A stretch of 64,000 bases of DNA from Stellaceae bacterium (GTDB lineage: Bacteria > Pseudomonadota > Alphaproteobacteria > ATCC43930 > CGMCC-115725). Where the stretch lies: positions 19,846 to 83,845 of the forward strand of contig JBOHME010000003.1 of assembly GCA_050729795.1 (NCBI GenBank). Direction: 5' to 3'. The position numbers and the translations under genes were made by a program. Positions 27,775 through 40,881 of the stretch are shown here, in pieces. Numbering within the stretch: the first letter of the stretch is position 1; every line of letters starts with the position of its first letter. The notes beneath the pieces were generated by a model that worked only from the letters and a program-made list of their open reading frames with translations, was not told where the DNA came from and searched no databases.

Positions 27775-28668
27775 TTATCCGAGTCGGGTTTCGGCGACCT
27801 TGCGCAGCAAAAAGTCGCGGAACACGCTGATCCGCTTCGACGCCCGCAATTCTTCCGGGTAGACGAAATAAGCCTCGACCGGCGGCCCGGCCAGCTCGGG
27901 CAGAACCCGCACCAGCTCCGCTTGCTCGCCCGCGATAAAGTCGGACATCGCGGCGATCCCGAGCCCGCTGATCACCGCGCGCAGCATCGCATAGAAATTG
28001 TTGACCGCGAGGATCGGCTGGCGCTCCTGCCCCGGCTTGGCGCCGGCGTCGAGCAGCCAGTTGACATTGGTCACCGGCGGGCGCGCATCCTCGCCGTAGA
28101 TGATCAGCCGGTGCTTGTCGAGATCCTCGGCGCGCTGCGGCATGCCGTGCTTTTTGATATAGTCGGGTGCGGCATAGACATGGCTCGGCACGCTGAGCAG
28201 GTGACGCTGGATCAGATCCGGCTGGCGCGGCGGCGACATGCGAATCGCCACATCGGCCTCGCGCATCGACAGGTCGAGCTCGGTATCGTCGATCACCAGC
28301 GCCACCTGAATTTCCGGGTAGAGATCGAGAAACTCGCGGATCCGCGGGGTCAGCCAGGTCGAGCCGAACGCCACCGTCGTCGTGATCTTGAGCGGGCCCT
28401 TGGGCCGGTCCTTCGATTCGGAAATCAACCCCTCGGCCATGGACAATTTGGCAAAGACTTCGCGCGCGGTGCGAAACAGCAGCTCGCCCTGCTCGGTCAG
28501 GATCAGGCCACGGGCATGGCGATGAAACAGCGGCACGCTCAAGCTCTCCTCGAGCGCGCTGATCTGCCGGCTGACCGCCGACTGGCTCAGGTTCAGCGAT
28601 TCGCCGGCATGGGTGAAGCTGCCGGCCTCGGCAACCGCATGGAACACCCGCAACTTGTCCCAATCCAT
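27775..28668 (-). CDS. LysR-family transcriptional regulator (LsrB/VtlR-like by position next to trxB)
   Basis: HTH segment MDWDKLRVFHAVAEAGSFTHAGESLNLSQSAVSRQISALE. 297 aa, directly downstream of trxB on the same strand. Confidence 0.9.
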   Translation of the reverse strand: MDWDKLRVFHAVAEAGSFTHAGESLNLSQSAVSRQISALEESLSVPLFHRHARGLILTEQGELLFRTAREVFAKLSMAEGLISESKDRPKGPLKITTTVAFGSTWLTPRIREFLDLYPEIQVALVIDDTELDLSMREADVAIRMSPPRQPDLIQRHLLSVPSHVYAAPDYIKKHGMPQRAEDLDKHRLIIYGEDARPPVTNVNWLLDAGAKPGQERQPILAVNNFYAMLRAVISGLGIAAMSDFIAGEQAELVRVLPELAGPPVEAYFVYPEELRASKRISVFRDFLLRKVAETRLG

Positions 28669-28714
28669 CCCGCTTCCCCCGACATCGCCGGCCGCACAGT
28701 GGGCGCCGGCCCCG

Positions 28715-29686
28715 TCACTCGGCCGCGCGCATCGTCGCGGCTTCCTCCTGCGCCGCGAGAAACTTCTCCGCCTCGAGCGCGGCCATGCAACCCAGCCCAG
28801 CCGCGGTTACGGCTTGGCGAAAGACCTTATCCTTGACATCGCCCGCTGCAAACACCCCGGCAATGCCGGTCTCGGCCGAGTCGGGCCGGGTAACCACGTA
28901 CCCGTCGCGATCGAGTGGGAGCTGACCGGCAACGAGCCCGGTAACCGGGGTATGGCCGATCGCGATAAACACACCGTCGCAGGGGTGATCGGACAAGAGG
29001 CCCGTGCGCAGGTTGCGCAAACGCACGCCGCTGACCTGCGGCGGCTCCGGCTGGCCGAGGATCTCCTCGACGACGCTATCCCAGACGATGTCGATCTTTG
29101 GGCTGCGGAACAGCCGCTGCTGCAGGATCTTTTCGGCGCGCAGCGCGTCACGGCGGTGGATCAGGGTCACCCGTCGCGCATGATTGGTCAGATAGAGCGC
29201 CTCCTCGACCGCTGTGTTGCCGCCGCCGACAACGACGACCTCCTTGCCGCGGAAGAAGAACCCGTCGCAGGTGGCGCAGGCCGAGACCCCGAAGCCGCGA
29301 AAGGTGTCCTCGCTCGGCAGCCCCAGCCAGCGCGCCTGTGCGCCGGTCGCCAGGATCACCGTGTCACCGAGATAGACATCCCCCGAATCGCCGGTCGCGA
29401 CAAAGGGGCGCTGGCCCAGATCGAGCGATTCAATGAGATCGACAATGATCCGGGTGCCGACATGCCGGGCCTGCTGCTGCATCTGCTCCATCAGCCACGG
29501 ACCCTGAACGATATCGGCAAACCCAGGGTAATTCTCGACATCGGTCGTAATCATCAGCTGGCCGCCCGGCTGCAACCCGGTCACCATGAGCGGATCGAGA
29601 TTGGCGCGCGCGGCATAGATCGCCGCGGTATAGCCAGCCGGACCGGCCCCGATGATCAGAACTTTGCCGTGGTGGCGTTCGGACAT
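28715..29686 (-). CDS. trxB: thioredoxin-disulfide reductase
   Basis: FAD motif LIIGAGPAGYTAAIYAAR, redox centre CATCDG and NADPH motif VVGGGNTAVEEALYL. Confidence 0.95.
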   Translation of the reverse strand: MSERHHGKVLIIGAGPAGYTAAIYAARANLDPLMVTGLQPGGQLMITTDVENYPGFADIVQGPWLMEQMQQQARHVGTRIIVDLIESLDLGQRPFVATGDSGDVYLGDTVILATGAQARWLGLPSEDTFRGFGVSACATCDGFFFRGKEVVVVGGGNTAVEEALYLTNHARRVTLIHRRDALRAEKILQQRLFRSPKIDIVWDSVVEEILGQPEPPQVSGVRLRNLRTGLLSDHPCDGVFIAIGHTPVTGLVAGQLPLDRDGYVVTRPDSAETGIAGVFAAGDVKDKVFRQAVTAAGLGCMAALEAEKFLAAQEEAATMRAAE

Positions 29687-29761
29687 GTTGCAAAATTCCA
29701 GTCGCTGCGGACGCTTACTATATTATTCGCCCGGTCCGCAACTTTAAGCTGGCGCGGCCCG

Positions 29762-31690
29762 CTAAAACCCGAACATGTGGTCGAGGCTGAACGCGCCATC
29801 GGCACCGACAAGGCCGTGATAGCCAAACAGCCGGCAGGTACGATCGCGGATGATCGCGTAGGCGCCGCCACCGGCGCGGGCGCGCGTCGCCGCGTCGAAC
29901 AATTGATGGTAGCACCAGAGCCGCGATCCCGAGCACGCGATCGCCATGCGGGTGCGGGCGATCTCGCGACCGCCGCCATCGCACAAGATGATCTCGGTCG
30001 CGCTCTTCGGGCGCCAAGGCTGCGAGGCCGGGTAGATCAGGTGGCATAGCGTGTCGTAGCCGCCCGCGCCGAGCCGCAGAAAGAGCCGGGTCGTCAGCCC
30101 CGGCGGGCGGCCCTGATAGGATTGCGGCTCGCCGCGATAAGTCAGCATGGTGTTGAAGACATGCGCGCCAAAACTGGTTTCGGCGGCATGCCCGCTCGCC
30201 CGATGGTGGTAGCGAAAGATCGCGTGCAGCCAGCCATCGGCCGCACCACCGGCCGACAGGTCGTAGGCGAGCTCGACATGACCATAGCCATCGCCCAACG
30301 CCGCCAGCTCCGCCACCTCGTCGAGATCAAGCGCGCATCGATGCCCGCGCGGCAGGCGCCCGAGCGAGCGGCGCCAGACCTCGTTCCCCGCCGAATCGTA
30401 AACGAGGGCCATGATCGGCAGCTCCGCCTGGCAAATCGCCATCGGTGTCGGCAGCACGCTGGTGCGCCAAACGGCATAGGGCAGCACCGGCGCCGGCAGC
30501 AGATAGCCCTTGCCGAGCGTGCCGCCGAACCCGGGCAGGCCGGGGTCGGGTAAGAGGTCGGCCCGTTCGACATTGACATGAGCGATCCGGCGGCGGCGCT
30601 GCGCGATCACCTCGTAGCGCGGGCGCACCATGTGCTTGCCGGCCCTGAGCTCGATCTGCGCCGGCCAGGCGAGACCCGGCAGCACCGCCGCGACATCGAT
30701 GGCGCGGCTGGCAAACGGGGCGATCGGCTCGAGGATCGGGGCCACCCGGTCGTCGCCCATCGGGTTGAGGCCGATGCCGCCCGCGGGGATCGCGATCGGA
30801 TGGCTGTTTTGCACCCACAGCACGACCTGCTCGCCAGCGGCGGGTGCCGGCAGCCCGGCATAGCGGTCGGCCGGCCAGGCATTGGCGTCATGGGTTGCCG
30901 ACAGCGAGCGTTCGCCCTCGCCTCTCGGATCGATGCCGCCGTCGCCGATGATGTCGAGCGCGTATTTGACGATGTCGTGCCCGGCCGCACCGACCACGTG
31001 GAGAAACAGCTGGCCGCAGAATTCGGGGAGGCCAAAGCGGGCACGCAGCTTGCGGCTATCGAGGATGATGCTGCCCGCCGCCGGGCCGCAGCTTTCGCAC
31101 CACTCGGCCAGCACCGCGCCATCGCCGTCGAACAGCGTCAGCCAGCAAGTGACCGGGCCGCCGCCATAGCTCGACCAATAGTTAGCGGTGGCGATTCGCG
31201 TGTGCAGCTGATCCGTGTCGCGAAAAAAGGCGAAGTTGGTCGCGAAATTGAGCGGATCGAGATAATGCCGGCGATTGGTCAGGCGCTCGGACGGGATCCG
31301 CATTGCGTCGAGGCTGAACCGGCGTGCATCGGGCGGCAGCGCAGCTTCGAGCTGGGCGAACAGGCGTTCGCTGTCAAAGGCGGCGACAAACACGGCGCGC
31401 GCCGGCGACCGGCCGAGCGCGGTCACCGGCTCCGCCCGACGGCCCAGAACCTCGCTGCCCAGACGCTCGACCTCTTGCACATAGACCCCGGCGATCTCGA
31501 TCCCGGCAAGGCCGAACAGCTCGGCGAACGGGGCGGCGGCACCCTCGGGATCGACGATCGCGAGAGGGCCATTTGCCGCGAGATCGGCCAGCAGGGCGCC
31601 AGCGGGCCGCGCCGCGCTTGGATGGGTTAACGCCTTGTAGAGGGTGTTGCCCCCGGTAACGTTGTCAAACGTCTCGATCCGCAGCGCCAT
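29762..31690 (-). CDS. conserved-looking hypothetical protein (642 aa), no recognisable domain, apparent internal repeats
   Basis: Long ORF with coding-like composition and no signal peptide. The start overlaps the end of the upstream PAP2 gene by 26 nt. Confidence 0.7.
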   Translation of the reverse strand: MALRIETFDNVTGGNTLYKALTHPSAARPAGALLADLAANGPLAIVDPEGAAAPFAELFGLAGIEIAGVYVQEVERLGSEVLGRRAEPVTALGRSPARAVFVAAFDSERLFAQLEAALPPDARRFSLDAMRIPSERLTNRRHYLDPLNFATNFAFFRDTDQLHTRIATANYWSSYGGGPVTCWLTLFDGDGAVLAEWCESCGPAAGSIILDSRKLRARFGLPEFCGQLFLHVVGAAGHDIVKYALDIIGDGGIDPRGEGERSLSATHDANAWPADRYAGLPAPAAGEQVVLWVQNSHPIAIPAGGIGLNPMGDDRVAPILEPIAPFASRAIDVAAVLPGLAWPAQIELRAGKHMVRPRYEVIAQRRRRIAHVNVERADLLPDPGLPGFGGTLGKGYLLPAPVLPYAVWRTSVLPTPMAICQAELPIMALVYDSAGNEVWRRSLGRLPRGHRCALDLDEVAELAALGDGYGHVELAYDLSAGGAADGWLHAIFRYHHRASGHAAETSFGAHVFNTMLTYRGEPQSYQGRPPGLTTRLFLRLGAGGYDTLCHLIYPASQPWRPKSATEIILCDGGGREIARTRMAIACSGSRLWCYHQLFDAATRARAGGGAYAIIRDRTCRLFGYHGLVGADGAFSLDHMFGF

Positions 31691-33236
31691 GGTGGCGAGC
31701 CGATACTACACCCCCCTCGGCTGGTGCAAGCGGCCTGCCGGCGCGCCGCTGCCGCGTCTGGCGCCACAGCGCCGAGGCGCGAATCAGCAGCACGGTGCCG
31801 CGCCGACAGGGCCAGGGCAGCGTCGGACCGGCACCGCTCGGAGGCGGGTCTGACATCGCCGGTGCCACCCCCCAGCGGGCGAACATCAGCGCCACCTGGC
31901 GCGTCGTCAGCACTGCGATCAGTGCTCCGGCCAACACATCGCTCGGATAATGCGCGCCGACGACGACCCGGCTCCCGGCGACGATCGCCGCGGCCAGGAG
32001 GTAGAACAGCAGGTGCTGCGGCCAGCGCCACCACAGCGCCGTCACCAATGCGACAAAGGTGGCGGTGTGACCCGACGGAAACGACCAGTGGTCGGGGCGC
32101 CAGCCAAGCCAGGTGAAACCATAGAGGCCGGCGCTGAACAGCAGCTTGGGCCGCAGCCGGCCAAACCCGATCTTCATCAGATCGACGATCAGACCCGAGG
32201 CGGCGATTGCTGTGAAGATAAAGGCGGGCATCACCGACAGCGCGCGCATTTTCAGGGCGAACCGACGCAGCCGCGGCAGCTCGCCGCCCCAATGCAGCAC
32301 CGCAAACGCCAGCGCGAACAGCACGAGCCAGCCCCATCCCTCGCCGAGCTCGCTCGCCTCCCCGAACAGCGCATGCAGATCGGGACCGCGGGCATGCACA
32401 TAAAGAGCGAGCGGGCGATCGACAAACGCGATCGACAACATGACGAGAACAGTCGTGCTGACCACCGCGAGACCGATTCGCATTCCGGGTCGAGGCCAGC
32501 TGTGGCATGTCAGCCGCCATCCGGAAGCGGCGAAATCCCCAACCCCTGAATAGAGCCATCGCAGCGGCGGGGCTGCGAGCCCGTCGAGGTCGACGACCCA
32601 CCAATAAAGCAGCGCCGTCGTGCCATAGACCAGAAGGCCGGCAAAAACGACGTCCGACAGGAAATGGCCCCCTTGGGCGATGCGCACGAGGCCAATGAGC
32701 CCGCCGCAGACGAGAGCTGCGCCGATCGCGTGCCGGCGCCGGCGCCCGGGCGGCAGCAGCATCGCAAAGGCAACCAGCGAAAAGCCGAGTGCTGCATGGC
32801 CGGAGACAAACGAGCAGTTGGTCGCGCATTCTCTCGCCGGCAGCGGTGCCGGGGTGAAACGATGAATTCCGCCGAATGCCGCGATCTGCACCGGTCTCGC
32901 TCGCCCCCAGTGATCCTTGAGGACGGTGTTGGCCAGCAATCCCGGACCGAGTGCGGTCGACAGCGCGACAAAGACGAGCGCCTTGCGGTCGAGCCGCCAC
33001 AATGGCCGACCGGTCAGAAACAACCAGGCGGCGGCCGCGACGACCAGGATTACGATCCCCCGCGCGATCCACGGAACCGCGTCGAACACGACGAGAATGG
33101 GCGGCCAATGGGCCAGCACAAAGCCGCGGCCGCGGACATAAAACAGCCCGCTCGTCCAGAGATCGACCTGCGGCAGAAAGAGAAACAGCGCCACCGCCGC
33201 GGCGACTAGACCGGCGTAGATCGCGGCCCCCTTCAT
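31665..33236 (-). CDS. membrane protein with two tandem PAP2 (acid phosphatase / lipid phosphatase) domains
   Basis: Starts at MKGAAIYAGLV (ATG 33234-33236). Domain 1 has KDHWGRARP, SFVSGH and RIAQGGHFLSDV. Domain 2 has KIGFGRLRP, SFPSGH and SRVVVGAHYPSDV. Confidence 0.85.
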   Translation of the reverse strand: MKGAAIYAGLVAAAVALFLFLPQVDLWTSGLFYVRGRGFVLAHWPPILVVFDAVPWIARGIVILVVAAAAWLFLTGRPLWRLDRKALVFVALSTALGPGLLANTVLKDHWGRARPVQIAAFGGIHRFTPAPLPARECATNCSFVSGHAALGFSLVAFAMLLPPGRRRRHAIGAALVCGGLIGLVRIAQGGHFLSDVVFAGLLVYGTTALLYWWVVDLDGLAAPPLRWLYSGVGDFAASGWRLTCHSWPRPGMRIGLAVVSTTVLVMLSIAFVDRPLALYVHARGPDLHALFGEASELGEGWGWLVLFALAFAVLHWGGELPRLRRFALKMRALSVMPAFIFTAIAASGLIVDLMKIGFGRLRPKLLFSAGLYGFTWLGWRPDHWSFPSGHTATFVALVTALWWRWPQHLLFYLLAAAIVAGSRVVVGAHYPSDVLAGALIAVLTTRQVALMFARWGVAPAMSDPPPSGAGPTLPWPCRRGTVLLIRASALWRQTRQRRAGRPLAPAEGGVVSARHHGAADRDV

Positions 33237-34234
33237 GCCCGGCGGCGCTGCTCGAAGCGGCGCAATACCAGGGCGCGCAGCGCCGCCCCGGCCCGCGCTG
33301 TGTCGTCCGGCACCGGGTAGGACCATTCCTCGATCCGGCCGACGAATGGACGGGTGATGGCGGCATCCTGCATCGATCGGTGAAAGCGAGCGAATTTGGC
33401 GTTGCCGCCGTCAAGGTCGAGAATGTGGACGGGCTTGCCGGTGGCCGCAGCCTCGCTGATCATCGACACCGAATCGGCGGTGACCAGAAATGCGTCGGCG
33501 AGTGCCAGATAGGCGAAATACGGGTTCTCGCCGGATCCGTCCCAGATCGCTGCCGGCAACCCCGCCAGACCCCGTTGCAGCAGCGCCAATCCCCGAGCGC
33601 CGGTCCGCCGCGACGGGGTCACGAGAGCCGAGCCACCGCGCTCACCCAGCAGTGCCGCCACCGCGTCGGCAATCTCGGCGACCCGCCCGAGACCCAGCCG
33701 ATAGACCTTGCTGCTGCCGCCGATCAGCACCGTGAGGATCGGCCGCGGCATCGCCACCAGCGCCCCAAAGCGCGAGCGCGCGGCCGCGAGCCGGGCGAGG
33801 GTCACGCGATGCACGGCACCGAGGGTCACGATTACATGCGGGCCGCGCAGCCGGTCGTGCGCGGGCACAATCGCCAAATCGAATTCGCCGCGTCCGGTTC
33901 CGGGATCCTGGATCTGCGCGGCCAGGGTCCGCCCGCCGCTCGCCCGCCGGATCGCCAGGGCCGGCTTCACCGTGTTGCGGCCGCAGCCGATCACGAGATC
34001 GGGCCAGGGTGGCACGAGCCGAACGCCGCCGGGTCCCGGCGCAGCCAGCGGCCGCAGCCAAAGGGCGGGCGGCAGCCAGACCCAGGGCAGGCGGATCGAG
34101 AGGCGATGCTCGACGAACGGAAAACCTGTCGCCTCGGCTAGGCCGAGCGCTTGGCTCGCCATGCCCGGCTTACCGTCATGCAAAACCCAGACGAGCGGCT
34201 CGGATGGATCGAGCAGGAGCGGGACCGCGGCCAT
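33233..34234 (-). CDS. ELM1/DUF1022-family protein (predicted glycosyltransferase-like fold)
   Basis: Starts at MAAVPLLLDPSEPLVWVLHDGKPGMASQALGLAEA (ATG 34232-34234). The stop overlaps the PAP2 start as ATGA. The family call is from N-terminal pattern memory only. Confidence 0.6.
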   Translation of the reverse strand: MAAVPLLLDPSEPLVWVLHDGKPGMASQALGLAEATGFPFVEHRLSIRLPWVWLPPALWLRPLAAPGPGGVRLVPPWPDLVIGCGRNTVKPALAIRRASGGRTLAAQIQDPGTGRGEFDLAIVPAHDRLRGPHVIVTLGAVHRVTLARLAAARSRFGALVAMPRPILTVLIGGSSKVYRLGLGRVAEIADAVAALLGERGGSALVTPSRRTGARGLALLQRGLAGLPAAIWDGSGENPYFAYLALADAFLVTADSVSMISEAAATGKPVHILDLDGGNAKFARFHRSMQDAAITRPFVGRIEEWSYPVPDDTARAGAALRALVLRRFEQRRRA

Positions 34235-34341
34235 GGCACGGTTTACGGAATCGCTCCGAAGCCGACAAGCGAGCCGATACCGCAACCGCTGCACCCCGGT
34301 CTGATATATTCGCCCTTCACGATGACAGGAGGGGTAATCAC

Positions 34342-35325
34342 ATGCTCCGTCGAAAGCTGGTGACATTGGCGGCATCGGCGCTTGCTGTTCCGGCGGTGAT
34401 CGGCACCCTCACGGGGAAGGGCTGGGCCGATGGCTCCAGCGCTGGCGGTCTCGGCCAGGCGCTTCGGAAGTTTCTGAAGCTCCCCGGCAAAAAGAGCTAT
34501 CTGCTGCATGTCGGCGACGACCCGACGACCGGATGGTACGCCTATCAGCCGAACCTGCTGCTGTTCACCGCCAGTGCTTTCAAGACCTTCGTACTAGCGC
34601 AATATCTGCGCGACGTTGAAGCAGGAAGATTGTTGGAGGATCAGGAACTGCCGATCGACGACAGCGTCCGCACCCTCGGTAGCCCGGTTTTTCTCGACCT
34701 CACCGGCACGACAATGGCGCGCGTGGTGCTCGAAGCGATGATCACGCACAGCGACAACACGGCGACGGACTTGGCGATGCTGAAGGCCGGCGTCGGGGCG
34801 GTGCGGGCGCTGATCGCGAAGGCCGGTCTCAGATCCATCCGCATACCCGATTCGACACGGATCTTCGCCTCATACATCTTGGGCGCGCCAGCAGGTGTCG
34901 ATCTGGGCTGGCCCGGGATCCTCGATGCCGCCAAACATCCGCCCGGACCGACGCGGCCATTGCTGAACCCGGTCGTGACGCTCGCCGGTACGGCGCGCGA
35001 TTTCGTCTCCTGGTATGAGCAGGCGCTCGCCGGGGTATTTTTCGCGAAGCCCGAGACCTTGGTCGAGTTCAAGCGCATTCAGGCAATGTCGGATCAAATC
35101 GTCAAAACCGTGCCGGCGAACACGCCCGCCTGGGCCAAGGGCGGCGAGGTTGGCAACTTCAACGGCTCCAATGCAAAAAGCTTTGCCGGACAGATGCTGG
35201 CCCGCGGGAACACGCCGGTGACGTTCTGCTTCATTGTCAATTGGACGAGCTCGCAAAACGATTTCCCGGCGGTCGAGGCCGAATTCTTTGCGGCGATCGC
35301 CCGGGTTCTGATAGCTGTCGGCTAG
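34342..35325 (+). CDS. class A beta-lactamase-related serine hydrolase with signal peptide
   Basis: ATG at 34342 after AGGAGGGG. SxxK motif (TASAFKT) and SDN motif (THSDNTATD). Confidence 0.8.
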   Translation: MLRRKLVTLAASALAVPAVIGTLTGKGWADGSSAGGLGQALRKFLKLPGKKSYLLHVGDDPTTGWYAYQPNLLLFTASAFKTFVLAQYLRDVEAGRLLEDQELPIDDSVRTLGSPVFLDLTGTTMARVVLEAMITHSDNTATDLAMLKAGVGAVRALIAKAGLRSIRIPDSTRIFASYILGAPAGVDLGWPGILDAAKHPPGPTRPLLNPVVTLAGTARDFVSWYEQALAGVFFAKPETLVEFKRIQAMSDQIVKTVPANTPAWAKGGEVGNFNGSNAKSFAGQMLARGNTPVTFCFIVNWTSSQNDFPAVEAEFFAAIARVLIAVG

Positions 35326-35382
35326 GCCGCTTGCGCAACAAAATTACGGGAATATGATCGGCCGCAAGGGAAAGGAAGGTTT

Positions 35383-35892
35383 ATGCGGCGGATAAGGCTC
35401 GACCGGATCGACCGCCGGATTCTGCGCAACCTGCAGGCGGAGGGGCGGATCACCAATGTGGAGCTGGCCCGCCGCGCCGGCATTTCGGCACCGCCATGCC
35501 TGCGCCGGGTGCGCGCGCTGGAACAGGCCGGGATCATCCGCGGCTATCATGCCGATCTGGCGGCCGACGTGCTTGGCTATAGCGTGACGGTGTTCGCCCA
35601 GGTCGGGCTGGCGAGCCAGGCCGAGGCCGATCTCCACGCATTCGAGGAGCTGGTCGCGACCTGGCCCGAGGTCCGCGAGGCGCACATGCTGGCCGGCGAA
35701 GCCGATTTTCTCTTAAAGATCGTCGCTGCCGATTGGGACAGCTACCAGCGGTTCCTTAGCACCCGGCTGACCTCGGCCCCCAATGTCAGCCATGTCAAAT
35801 CGGCGCTGACCCTGCGCGTATCGAAGGACGAGCCCGGCATCCCGATCGCCGCGGACCCCCCTTTTGCTGCCGATGAGGCTGTGCCGGGCTGA
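35383..35892 (+). CDS. Lrp/AsnC-family transcriptional regulator
   Basis: [41 protein letters not shown] plus a C-terminal RAM-like domain. Confidence 0.92.
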   Translation: MRRIRLDRIDRRILRNLQAEGRITNVELARRAGISAPPCLRRVRALEQAGIIRGYHADLAADVLGYSVTVFAQVGLASQAEADLHAFEELVATWPEVREAHMLAGEADFLLKIVAADWDSYQRFLSTRLTSAPNVSHVKSALTLRVSKDEPGIPIAADPPFAADEAVPG

Positions 35893-35909
35893 CCGGCACT
35901 CCGGACGCG

Positions 35910-37115
35910 ATGGCTCCGCTGCGATCTGAGATTGGCTCCCAGCTGCGCGGGTTTTTCGCGCTCGAAGCGGCCGCGGGGATCGTTCTTTGCGCCGCCGCGG
36001 CGTTGGCGCTGATCGTCGCGAACTCGCCCTTGGGCAAGCCCTATGTGCAGTTGTGGAATGTGCCGCTCGCGGTGCAGATCGGCGGTCTCGTGATCGCGAA
36101 GCCGCTGCTGCCATGGATCGATGACGGGCTGATGGCACTGTTCTTCCTGCTGGTCGGGCTCGAAATCCAGCGTGCCGTGCGCGAGGGCGGGCGCTCGCAG
36201 CGGAGCGGTGCGATCCTGCCGGTCGCCGCAGCACTGGGTGGGATGGCCGTGCCCGCCCTCGTTTATGCGCTGTGCAACTGGGGCGACCCGACCGCAATGC
36301 GGGGCTGGGCGATCCCGACCGCGACCGATATCGCCTTTGCGCTCGGGGTGCTGGCTTTGCTCGGGCCACGAGTGCCGGCTTCGCTCAAGCTCTTCCTGCT
36401 GACGGTCGCGATCATCGATGATCTCGGCGCGATCATCATCATCGCGCTGTTCTATACCGCCGAGCTGTCCGCGCCCGCGCTGGTTCTCGCCGGTATCGGG
36501 GTAGCGGCGCTGCTGGCGCTCAATCTCTGCGGCGTCGAGCGCCGCGCGCCCTATTTTCTGGTTGGCATCTTTTTGTGGGTGTGCGTCCTTAAATCGGGCG
36601 TTCATGCGACGATCGCCGGGGTCGTTGTCGGGCTTGCGATCCCGCTGCGCGCCGGCGATCGCACCTCGCCGCTCGGCCGCCTCGAGCACGATCTGCATCC
36701 CTGGGTCGCCTTCGGGGTGCTGCCGCTGTTCGCGTTTGCCAATGCCGGTGTGCGGCTCGCCGGCATCGACGCGGCGATCTTGCTGCACCCGGTCCAGCTC
36801 GGGGTTGTGCTCGGATTGCTGGTCGGCAAACCGCTCGGCGTGCTCGGGGCGATCTGGGCGGCGGTTCGCTGCCACGTGGCGGCGCTGCCCGAAGGAGCGG
36901 GATGGCGGCAGGTTCGGGGCTTGGCGCTGCTGACCGGGATCGGCTTTACGATGAGCCTCTTTATCGGCACGCTCGCGTTTCCGGCCGAGGGCTACGATGT
37001 CGATGTCCGAATCGCGGTGCTGCTCGCCTCGATAATCTGCGCGATCTGCGGCTATCTCTCGCTGCGGACCGCCTCGCGCGGGGCTCAGCCAAAATCGACG
37101 GTCACGACCTCGTAG
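35910..37115 (+). CDS. nhaA: Na+/H+ antiporter NhaA
   Basis: [20 protein letters not shown] and [16 protein letters not shown]. 401 aa. Confidence 0.93.
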   Translation: MAPLRSEIGSQLRGFFALEAAAGIVLCAAAALALIVANSPLGKPYVQLWNVPLAVQIGGLVIAKPLLPWIDDGLMALFFLLVGLEIQRAVREGGRSQRSGAILPVAAALGGMAVPALVYALCNWGDPTAMRGWAIPTATDIAFALGVLALLGPRVPASLKLFLLTVAIIDDLGAIIIIALFYTAELSAPALVLAGIGVAALLALNLCGVERRAPYFLVGIFLWVCVLKSGVHATIAGVVVGLAIPLRAGDRTSPLGRLEHDLHPWVAFGVLPLFAFANAGVRLAGIDAAILLHPVQLGVVLGLLVGKPLGVLGAIWAAVRCHVAALPEGAGWRQVRGLALLTGIGFTMSLFIGTLAFPAEGYDVDVRIAVLLASIICAICGYLSLRTASRGAQPKSTVTTS

Positions 37116-37558
37116 GATTTGGCGCCGCGGGGGGTCGTGACCTCGACGCTGTCACCCTTGCCCTTGCCGATCAGCGCGCGCGCCAGAGGCGAGGTCACCG
37201 AAAGCCGGCCGCGGCTGACATCGGCCTCGTCCTCGCCGACGATCTGAAAGGTCTGCTCCTCGTCGCTCTCCTCCTCGGCGAGCGTCACCCGCGCGCCGAA
37301 TTTGACGACCGAGCCCGACAGCTTGGACACATCGATGACCTCGGCGCGCGCGACCTTGTCTTCGAGCTCGATGACCCGGCCTTCGATAAAGCTCTGCCGG
37401 TCGCGCGCCGCATGATATTCGGCGTTCTCGGCGAGGTCGCCGTGGTCGCGCGCCTCGGCGATGGCCCGGATGATTGCCGGCCGCTCGACGGATTTCAGCT
37501 GTTTCAGCTCTTCGCGGAGCCGATTGTAGCCATCGGCCGTCATCGGAATCTTGTTCAT
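37085..37558 (-). CDS. greA: transcription elongation factor GreA
   Basis: Starts at [22 protein letters not shown] (ATG 37556-37558). [17 protein letters not shown] is present. 157 aa. Confidence 0.95.
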   Translation of the reverse strand: MNKIPMTADGYNRLREELKQLKSVERPAIIRAIAEARDHGDLAENAEYHAARDRQSFIEGRVIELEDKVARAEVIDVSKLSGSVVKFGARVTLAEEESDEEQTFQIVGEDEADVSRGRLSVTSPLARALIGKGKGDSVEVTTPRGAKSYEVVTVDFG

Positions 37559-37611
37559 CGAAGACGGTTTCGCATCCTGTTGTCGAACGCGGCGGCCTAA
37601 CCGCGGGGCAT

Positions 37612-40873
<3,262 letters not shown>

Positions 40874-40881
<8 letters not shown>

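Noticed and set aside
27378-27862. ORFs of 114-129 aa in the gap between the hypothetical gene and the LysR gene
   Set aside because: The translations are implausible (Arg/Ser/Pro/Cys-rich, no RBS). The region is better explained by stacked RNA hairpins plus two terminators.
31627-33414. 595-aa alternate-frame ORF over the PAP2 gene
   Set aside because: The other frame (31665..33236) carries two complete PAP2 motif sets and TM helices. This frame is Arg/Ala-rich with no features.
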